A stretch of 63,768 nucleotides of DNA, the filler included, from Octopus bimaculoides (taxonomy: Eukaryota): assembly GCF_001194135.2 (NCBI RefSeq). It is 8 parts of 6 records of this genome, joined end to end, with 100 filler letters (N's around TTAATTAATTAA, not from the genome) between each part and the next. Parts side by side here need not be neighbours in the genome. Positions count along the whole stretch, not along the records: positions 34,863 to 55,412 come from NC_069003.1; positions 55,513 to 59,320 come from NC_068982.1; positions 59,421 to 62,295 come from NC_068984.1; positions 62,396 to 63,768 come from NC_068988.1; 4 more parts are not named here. One strand, given 5' to 3'. Below the pieces are notes generated by a model. That model was not told the DNA's origin, searched no databases, and saw nothing but the letters and a program-made list of their open reading frames with translations. Made by a program: the position numbers and the translations under genes. Shown here piece after piece: positions 54,325 to 63,768 of this stretch (position 1 is the first letter of the stretch; every line of letters begins with the position of its first letter).

Positions 54325-54480
54325 ATCATCTGTTTTTACGTTCTGAGTTCAAATTCTGCCGAGGTCGACTTTGCCTTTCGCCCTTTCGGGGTCGATAAAT
54401 TAAGTACCAGTTGTGTAATAGGGTCAATGTAAGCAAGTGGACCCCCCTCCCCACAAAAGTTTCAGGCCTAGAAATGTATG
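54325..54480 (+). mobile_element. SINE family B copy
   Basis: tttacgttctgagttcaaattctgccgaggtcgactttgcctttcgccctttcggggtcgataaattaagtaccagtt...tttcaggcctag. Confidence 0.88.
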
Positions 54481-54649
54481 TTGTGACAGTTACAGAATAT
54501 AGAAAGTAATTTAACACCAAAGACCATATAATCCAACCAAAATATCTCAATTACACAAACGTAAATGGAATTACTATTGAATCTTAAAATACATCGTGCA
54601 TATTTAAAGGACCTTCTTCGTTTAGGGGTGCGGAAGGTTTTTCTGGTAT

Positions 54650-54760
54650 TCTTTCATTCTTTTACTTGTTTCAATCATTTGACGGTGGCCATACTGGAGC
54701 ACGACCCTTTAGTCGAAGAAATTGACCCCTGGATTTATTCCCTGTAAGCCTAGAGATTAT
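54650..54760 (-). mobile_element. SINE family A tail fragment
   Basis: ttcttttacttgtttcaatcatttgacggtggccatactggagcacgaccctttagtcgaagaaattgacccc. Confidence 0.78.
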
Positions 54761-55369
54761 TCTGAACCTCCTCTTCATTATTGCAGGACACTGAATCTGG
54801 TATAATATTAAGAACTTTTCTCATTTATTGCAAGACAGTCAGAATTTTTAGGAGATAAAATTACTCATTTTTCCATTTCTTCTGGCGTGCAGTTATTGAA
54901 AATTTCTGGGTACAAATGTACAAATTGAAATGCAAAATAATGAAATAATAAATGGATTTATGAATGAAAGTTTGGTAATTGCGTTTCTTTCCACCACGCG
55001 ACACTGATTATTGCAAACGTTTTTTAACAAACCTAGACAACTCTGTCGAACACTCCTCGTCGACGTCGACGGACGACGCATTGCAAACAAGAAATAAGAG
55101 AAACATTATATCCATTGAAATGGTGGCTCTTAAAAGACATGAACACATACTCACGCAAGCAAAACAAACACAGTCAGACACAAACAATAATGTAATGCAA
55201 ATGATAATGAGGTAGGATAGAAACATATCGAAATAGCATAAGAGATGGAGACACAATACGTGACAGTGGTACGGTGAGACAGAATATGTGAAGAAAGACA
55301 GAGAATGGGGAAGAGAGAGGAAGAGAGAGAGGGGGGTTAATTGAGTAAGAGTAATTGACAAATACGCAA

Positions 55370-55412
<43 letters not shown>

Positions 55413-55816
55413 NNNNNNNNNNNNNNNNNNNNNNNNNNNNNNNNNNNNNNNNNNNNTTAATTAATTAANNNNNNNNNNNNNNNNNNNNNNNNNNNNNNNN
55501 NNNNNNNNNNNNTATATATATTTATATATATATATATGTGTGTATATATACATACACATATATATATTCATATATTTACATATATATATGTATATATATG
55601 CAAATATGTGTACATTACACACACACATGCACACACACTCACACACTCACACACACATACACTCACACACACACACGCAGACACACACACACATAGTTTG
55701 CATCGTAAGAATTTAGAAGGTTCAAGGGAACGTGAAATAAATCACTTCGTAAAGTTGGAACTCGAAGTACAAAAAGCTATAAATAATAGCATGTAGAATA
55801 ATGGGTTTAAAAAATC

Positions 55817-55851
<35 letters not shown>

Positions 55852-56490
55852 CGCTGACAATAATAATGATGATGACAAAACCAGCGACATCAACGGTGAC
55901 GATGACAATGATGAGGACGGATATTGTGTGGATTGCATTGGTAGTTATGATGATGATGATGATGATGATGATGACGAAGAGAAGAAAAGAAAAAGTGGAA
56001 TACGAAGGAGAAGAAGGAGGAGGCGATGGGGAGAGGGAGAGGAGTAAGAGTGAAATGGAGCAAGAAAAAAATAGAAAATGGTGGAAAAAAGGAGAATAAA
56101 AAAATTATTCTGATGGCGATAAGGGATAAGATTTTAATGACCGAGTTAACAATACAGAAATAATTGAATGAAAAAAGAAAAAAAGTACGTAAAGGATGAA
56201 GAAAATAACGAAAAAAAAACTGGGAAGAAAAATGAATGAAGATGACAATATAAAAAGAAAAGAAAAAACACACAGAACAGGCATAAAAAATAACAATAAG
56301 AATATTAGTAATTTTAATAATAATAATAATAATAATGATAATACTGATAAAAATGATAATATCAAAATCAGCAACAGCAACAACAACAATAAAGAGATTC
56401 CCAAAGGCAGAAAAATAAGGAAATGAAAAGAGTTGGGGCGGGGGCGGAGAAAAAACAAACGTTGGTATTAAGATGTTATGTAAAATATAC

Positions 56491-56529
<39 letters not shown>

Positions 56530-56723
56530 AAAAAAGAGAGGAGAGAGAATGAAAGCGATAGAGAGAGTGCGTGTGTGTGTGTATGCGTGTGTGTGTGTGT
56601 GTGTCTGTATGCGTGTGCACGTATTCACAAATAGCAAAAATATAAGTGTAATAATGGTTAAGATACAGAATAGCAGTTTATAAACGCGTACGGAAGAAAA
56701 TGCATAAGTATATATACATGAGT

Positions 56724-56771
<48 letters not shown>

Positions 56772-56935
56772 ATATGCATATATACATATACATATACATA
56801 CATATACATATATATACATATTTATATAGAAAGAGCTCGTCCGTTTCGCGGGTCTATTGGATAGATAACGACTAGGATCTGTTCTCTCACTTCTGCTCTC
56901 TTTATATATGTGTATGTATGTGTGAGTGTCTGTGT

Positions 56936-56970
<35 letters not shown>

Positions 56971-57180
56971 ATTATTTAGTTTTATTTCAAGGTTTCTTGC
57001 TAAAATAGTGAAAGAGCCGGTTTCTAACCTAGATCCAAAGCTCCTTCATTTGGATTAAACATCAACAACAGGATATTTTTGTTTGTGTGTGTGCATGTAT
57101 GTATGTATGTATTGTGTATGTATGCATTCACGTATGTATACACGGGAAACGGCATTACATTAAATAAACAATCATTTATA

Positions 57181-57219
<39 letters not shown>

Positions 57220-57616
57220 NNNNNNNNNNNNNNNNNNNNNNNNNNNNNNNNNNNNNNNNNNNNNNNNNNNNNNNNNNNNNNNNNNNNNNNNNNNNNNNNN
57301 NNNNNNNNNNNNNNNNNNNNNNNNNNNNNNNNNNNNNNNNNNNNNNNNNNNNNNNNNNNNNNNNNNNNNNNNNNNNNNNNNNNNNNNNNNNNNNNNNNNN
57401 NNNNNNNNNNNNNNNNNNNNNNNNNNNNNNNNNNNNNNNNNNNNNNNNNNNNNNNNNNNNNNNNNNNNNNNNNNNNNNNNNNNNNNNNNNNNNNNNNNNN
57501 NNNNNNNNNNNNNNNNNNNNNNNNNNNNNNNNNNNNNNNNNNNNNNNNNNNNNNNNNNNNNNNNNNNNNNNNNNNNNNNNNNNNNNNNNNNNNNNNNNNN
57601 NNNNNNNNNNNNNNNN

Positions 57617-57651
<35 letters not shown>

Positions 57652-58024
57652 TTCAAAATTGTACATAAACCCACAAAAGACAGAGACAGGTGAGAAAACA
57701 ACAAACAAGGTGTATTTGTTTGACGCTCAGAAAAGAAAACGGAAGAGTTTTGACCGTTTCGAGTCTTTATGTGAAAGCGTTTGCATATATGGAAAACGTC
57801 ACCAGAATATACAATCGAGAGTTTTACCAATTAAAGTTTCACTTCCATTTTGAAGCTCCGACGAAACTATAAGGTGACACACAATCACTCAAAGATGAGT
57901 GCATTGCATCCTATAGCAGAAACAGAGTAACAGCTGTAAGCTAATGAAGTTCATAAAATAATTTCCCGTACCTTTGGTATTTATATGATCTCTTATATAT
58001 GTTTGTGTTTGTATATCTATCTAA

Positions 58025-58062
<38 letters not shown>

Positions 58063-58072
58063 NNNNNNNNNN

Positions 58073-58122
<50 letters not shown>

Positions 58123-60079
58123 GTATATATATATATATGTATATATATATGTATATATGTACACATATATATAAATATATGTATATATTTATATCTATTT
58201 ATATATGTATATATATATATATTTAATCATAATTATAACGATATAGAATATGGAAATTGGTACATCTTCATGTAGCATATTTCTATGGTTACGACGTCCT
58301 ACACGTGTTTCATCTGCGCAGAATATGCACAATTGCATATGCAACTGGGCATAACTTCCAGTGCGGCTTTGTTCATGGTCTTTCAACCAGGTTGCCTCGA
58401 AGACAACTGAATTCAGTAAGTTGCTTATTGGTTAGATTTCAGAGGGAAGTGAGTGAGGTTGTTTTGAATCTGAAATCTCATTTGTTTATAAACTGATGTG
58501 GTGGAACAATGGCATCTCCAACCAAATTAAAGACACCAATAATACATCAAGAGGTTAGCGTCAAACATGAATTTACTTATATAATACTTTACAAGTCTAC
58601 ATATTTATTACTATAAATCTAAGTTACAGAGAAAGAATTTGTTGCACTGATATGATATTGTAGAAGGAAGGAAAGAAGCAACTAAGTATGAGAGCTAAGA
58701 GTTTGGAGTAGAGATGAAAACATAATTGAAAAGATAAGCTTTTAGATCGAAATTTAGAAATGTTAAAGCTGCCTCCATTTTAGTTATATATCTCAAAGTT
58801 GAACAAAGTAAAATTCAGCGTTAACTATCTTATATAGAAAAAAGCTTACATAAAAATTAAAATTATTTAAACAGTATTGTTTAAAACTTGGGATCGGAGA
58901 TACAAATAAGATCGATAGATTGTAAAAGGTTGGAAGAGGAGTCCTAATATCTGTATTCATTTGTTTTCTTGCCTTTTCTTCATTCTATAAGTTATAGATT
59001 CTACCCCGCCATGTTACTTTTCTAACATTTAACTCTTATGTTTATGGCGATAAGGCTATCATTCTGAATTTTAATGTTATATTTAATCTTCCTCCAGCCG
59101 AGAATAATGGCGCCTTTTATTCTGATAAACTCCTGTTTTAATATTGAAAGCATAATACTTAAGTTCATATGAAAATGAATTTATACTAGCTGATGTATAT
59201 ATATATATATATATATTTATACTAACTGATGTATATATATATATATAAAGTGTACATATATCTACATGAATATGTATGTCCACAATTGTATTTTCTACAT
59301 ATATGTGCATATATGTGTATNNNNNNNNNNNNNNNNNNNNNNNNNNNNNNNNNNNNNNNNNNNNTTAATTAATTAANNNNNNNNNNNNNNNNNNNNNNNN
59401 NNNNNNNNNNNNNNNNNNNNGAACTGTACAAACTTTCTGTACCGCCATCCCTACACCTCTCCGCTACTTGCTCACAGCGGTATTCCATTTCCGTCCACCT
59501 GCCAACCCCTATTACCACGACGACGATGAACACCTCCTCAACCACCACCACCACCTGTATTTTTATGCGTGGCTGTAGGCGGCAGTGGTGGTTGACGAAT
59601 GATGTGGACAGGTGGGGTATGTATGTATGTATGTATGTATGTATGTATATAGGTAGGTAGGTAACGTAGGTAGGTTGGCTGGTTGGTCGGTTGGCTGGCT
59701 GGTTGGTTAAGTAGGTAGTCAGGTAAGTGGTAGTGTGTGAGGCGTGTCCTGTCAACGGTGTTTTGGTCTTTCCCATTAGTGTCATTGGAAATCTGTAAAC
59801 CACATGGAGGACAGTTGAGTGTTTTACTACATCTGCAAACAACAAGGTAGGAAGTTTGTGTTCTTATCGTTTGTTATTTAACCCTAGCTTGGCCCCGATC
59901 TAGGAGATCTGTGATCAAAGGCATACCAGCTGTGATCTTAGAGTTTTATTTTTAGATGATACTGTATAATGTGAGGGAAATTTGTCTACTGTTTCCTCAT
60001 GATTGGGCCTTAAGGTAGAAAAAAAGTAATGGAAACTTGCTGCAAGGCGAGTGGACAGCAGGAGAGATTTACAGAGGAA

Positions 60080-60470
60080 GAACTCCCATCCGACAAGTAT
60101 TTCGGCCCTTATACCTGACACTCTACCGGAACCGGGCCCACCCAGGTCATGACTTTTAGGTGTCTTCCTGCTGCTTTCCAAGTAGGTCCATTGGTCATTT
60201 CTCATCGCCCATATGCGCAGTGAGCTCTTTTTAGCAACATCAGACAAGCGTTTGATTGTGGTAGTTCTTCTGCGATACCCAACTGTAGAGATTTCCATGT
60301 AGGCATGAATGTAGTTCTTGTCCTTATTGATGATATTTCATCTCCTAGATGAGCTTTGATCTAATAGTTCTATGTATTATTCATACATAGTTGTAGATGC
60401 GAAGCCAAAGATCACAGTGTTCGGAGCATGATTATGAGGTTCTGCTTTAAAGTGCTGGAGCGAGCTTTCA
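60080..60470 (-). mobile_element. Possible HERO-like RLE non-LTR 3' end (decayed)
   Basis: - strand: GFASTT ... GYRRRTTTIKRLSDVAKKSSLRIWAMRNDQW resembles the HERO-type C-terminus (GF...IKxLSxxAExSSxWxWxKRxDxxW), followed by a gggccgaaa-containing UTR-like segment. By-eye match only. Confidence 0.45.
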
Positions 60471-60930
60471 CGTATCTCCAATCTAATCAGATGTAAAGAG
60501 TGCCAGCCAAGTACTGGTGCAGCGCCCTCCCCTCCAAATGTCACATTCTGAATATTACGCGGGGAAAAGGGCGGGAGATTGAGAAGAGTCTATGCCTGCT
60601 AGCAACTCAGTTGGTATATAAAACAGTCAGAGAAGTCAAGATATTACTGGTACGATTGTGGTAGTAGTGAGATGAGGAGGATGTGAAAGACGATTGTGTT
60701 GGTGACAGTAGTGGTAGAAGTGACAATGTTGGTTGGTGATGGTATTAATGCTATTTACGGTGTTGATATTGTCTTGATGGCAGTAGTGGTGCTGATAGTA
60801 GTGGTGCTGATAATTGTGGTGGTGATTGTGGTGGTAATGATGGTGCTAAATTTGTTATTAATATTTCATCATTGTGTTGAAAGTTTTTCAGTAATATAGA
60901 AGTTAGCTACTAATTTTGGTGGCATTGTAG

Positions 60931-62295
60931 ATGTTAGATTTTGGTGGTATTGTTAGTCTTGGCGGTATTATTAGCGTAGGTGGTATTGTTAGTGCTTATG
61001 GTATTGTTAGTGCTTATGGTATTACTATTATTGGTGGTATTGTTAGTGTTGGTGGTATTGTTAGTGTTGGTGGCATTGTTAGTGTTGGTGGCATTGTTAG
61101 TATTGGTGGTATTGTTAGTGTTTGTGGTATTGTTAGTGCTTATGGTATTACTATTATTGGTGGTATTGTTAGTGTTGGTGGTATTGTTAGTATTGGTGGT
61201 ATTGTTAGTGCTTATGGTATTACTATTATTGGTGGTATTATTAGTGTTNNNNNNNNNNNNNNNNNNNNNNNNNNNNNNNNNNNNNNNNNNNNNNNNNNNN
61301 NNNNNNNNNNNNNNNNNNNNNNNNNNNNNNNNNNNNNNNNNNNNNNNNNNNNNNNNNNNNNNNNNNNNNNNNNNNNNNNNNNNNNNNNNNNNNNNNNNNN
61401 NNNNNNNNNNNNNNNNNNNNNNNNNNNNNNNNNNNNNNNNNNNNNNNNNNNNNNNNNNNNNNNNNNNNNNNNNNNNNNNNNNNNNNNNNNNNNNNNNNNN
61501 NNNNNNNNNNNNNNNNNNNNNNNNNNNNNNNNNNNNNNNNNNNNNNNNNNNNNNNNNNNNNNNNNNNNNNNNNNNNNNNNNNNNNNNNNNNNNNNNNNNN
61601 NNNNNNNNNNNNNNNNNNNNNNNNNNNNNNNNNNNNNNNNNNNNNNNNNNNNNNNNNNNNNNNNNNNNNNNNNNNNNNNNNNNNNNNNNNNNNNNNNNNN
61701 NNNNNNNNNNNNNNNNNNNNNNNNNNNNNNNNNNNNNNNNNNNNNNNNNNNNNNNNNNNNNNNNNNNNNNNNNNNNNNNNNNNNNNNNNNNNNNNNNNNN
61801 NNNNNNNNNNNNNNNNNNNNNNNNNNNNNNNNNNNNNNNNNNNNNNNNNNNNNNNNNNNNNNNNNNNNNNNNNGTATTGTTAGTGTTGGTGGTATTGTTA
61901 GTGTTGGTGGCATTGTTAGTATTGGTGGTATTGTTAGTGTTGGTGGTATTGTTAGTGTTGGTGGTATTGTTAGTATTGGTGGTATTGTAAGTGTTGGTGG
62001 CATTGTTAGTATTGGTGGTATTTTTAGTGTTGGTGGTATTGTTAGTATTGGTGGTATTGTTAATGTTGGTGGTATTGTTAGTATTGGTGGTATTGTTAGT
62101 GTTGGTGGCATTGTTAGTGTTGGTGGTATTGTTAGTGTTGGTGGTATTGTTAGTGTTGGTGGTATTGTTAGTATTGGTGGTATTGTTAGTATTGGTGGTA
62201 TTGTTAGTATTGGTGGTATTGTTAGTGTTGGTGGTATTGTTAGTGTTGGTGGCATTGTTAGTATTGGTGGTATTGTTAGTGTTGGTGGTATTGTT
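60931..62295. repeat. 18-bp minisatellite (GGTGGTATTGTTAGTGTT), partly gapped
   Basis: Unit read directly on both sides of the gap at 61249-61873; variants GGC/GGT, ATT/GTT, GCTTAT. Confidence 0.92.
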
Positions 62296-62930
62296 NNNNN
62301 NNNNNNNNNNNNNNNNNNNNNNNNNNNNNNNNNNNNNNNTTAATTAATTAANNNNNNNNNNNNNNNNNNNNNNNNNNNNNNNNNNNNNNNNNNNNATATA
62401 TATATATATAATTATTAATTTAATATATAAATTGTTTATTTCCATGATGACTACCTGATAATAATCATTAACGTGATTTGTATCCTTATTTCATGAATAT
62501 AAATAGATAAATAAAATATTAGTATAACGTTTTTACTCCTCATCAAAACCCCACATTTTCTGCTGTCCTATTTTGATATAAATATATGTGGTCGTCGTGA
62601 GAAGGCTTAAATCCGACTTTTTCGAATCTATACTTGCAAGTATTTGTGTATAGACGTGCAAACTCGCTTTGTTATGGGTGTGTAATAACATTTATTCGAA
62701 TATTTTTACATGAGTTGCGCTGATGATGGGAAGAAAATCTATTTAAGATTTTAATCTTGAAATTAGCTAATTCGCAATTAATGTGGTATCTTTTTAAATA
62801 TCTTCTCACTAGCCCGCTTTCAACTGCATGTATTTATGGAGTTTTTGTCGGTAGCTTCGTAATGTTTAGACATTTATTCAGTATGGAGGAGGAAAGTCAT
62901 GTTTAGTCTTTCTCCCTTAATTATATATAT

Positions 62931-63310
62931 GTAGCTTGCTTACCAACCACATGGTTCCGGGTTCAGCGCCACTGCGTGGCACCTTGGGCACGTGTTTTCA
63001 ACTATAGCCTCGCGCCAGCCAAAGCCTTGTGAGTGGATTTGGTAGACGGAAACTGAAAGAAGCCCGTCGTATATATATATGCATATATGTATGTATATGT
63101 TTGTGTGTCTGTGTTTGTCCCCTCAACATCGCTTGACAACCGATGCTGGTGTGCTTACGTCCTCGTAACTTAGCAGTTCGGCAAGAGAGACCGATAGAAT
63201 ATGTACTAGGCTTACAAAGAATAAGTCCTGGGGTCGATTTGCTCGACTAAAGGCGGTGCTCCAGCATGGCAGCAGTCAAATGACTGAAACAAATAAAAGA
63301 ATAAAAAGAA
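62931..63310 (+). mobile_element. SINE family A, nearly complete (A box missing)
   Basis: gtagcttgcttaccaaccacatggttccgggttcag...gccttgtgagtggatttggtagacgg...(TA)n...gtcctggggtcgatttgctcgactaaaggcggtgctccagcatggc...aaataaaagaataaaaagaa. Confidence 0.92.
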
Positions 63311-63323
63311 TTATATATATATA

Positions 63324-63628
63324 TTTATTTATGCGCTCTTTTAAAGCCTAGCCAGGCTCATGGGCCTGGTTTCCCGGTTTCTATGGTATATGTGTTCCCA
63401 CCCAGCTGGACGAGACGCCAGTCCATCGCAACGTTACTCAAGAAACAGGAAGAAAGAGTGAGAGAAAGTTGGGGTGAAAGAGTACAACAGGGGTCACCAC
63501 CACCCCCTGCCGGAGCCTCGTGGAGCTTTTAAGTGTTTTCGCTCAATAAACACACACAATGCCCGGTCTGAGAATGGAAACCGCGATCCTCCGACCGCGA
63601 GTCCGCTGCCCTAACCACTGAGCCATTG
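63324..63628 (-). mobile_element. SINE family C copy
   Basis: Reverse complement of 5191-5497 over ~300 bp (aaagcctagcc...ggagcctcgtggagct...ctaaccactgagccattg). Confidence 0.92.
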
Positions 63629-63768
63629 TCGATCACAAATTGACATAGAAAACTTAAGAAAAGTTAAACACAGCAACACACCTTCCCCGAAAATACTGCC
63701 ATACATATCCACATACAACCCCAGAAACAAAGAAGCCTTCACCATCAACCCCCAAAACATACCAATGC

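Overview
This is a repeat-dominated, gap-rich eukaryotic window. Its SINE families, dense (TA)n/(CA)n/(AAT)n microsatellites and LINE types resemble octopus (coleoid cephalopod) DNA; that assignment is an inference, not a database result. No intact host gene, rRNA, true tRNA gene or CRISPR array is supported, and most ORFs in the track are microsatellite or N-run read-throughs. Supported content: two Helitron Rep/Hel remnants (one with an intact hairpin+CTAG 3' end); four tRNA-derived SINE families; two RTE LINE fragments; one Tx1/L1 endonuclease fragment carrying an inverted duplication; two Tc1/mariner relics; one long-TIR MITE; two Penelope-like elements (PLEs); and at least nine 3' ends of restriction-like-endonuclease (RLE) non-LTR retrotransposons. 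Two structures stand out. (1) A same-strand stack of four R4/Dong-type copies from three subfamilies at 23.7-27.8 kb, separated by (TAA)n tracts, consistent with microsatellite-targeted insertion. (2) A PLE whose 3' terminal region reads tRNA-type Pol III head -> short TAA/TAC tract -> hammerhead-ribozyme core, with a 39-bp hairpin at its 5' junction that pairs fully (3 G-U) only on the element's sense strand. Seven identical 100-bp N44-TTAATTAATTAA-N44 blocks are artificial scaffold joins, so adjacency across them is not sequenced.
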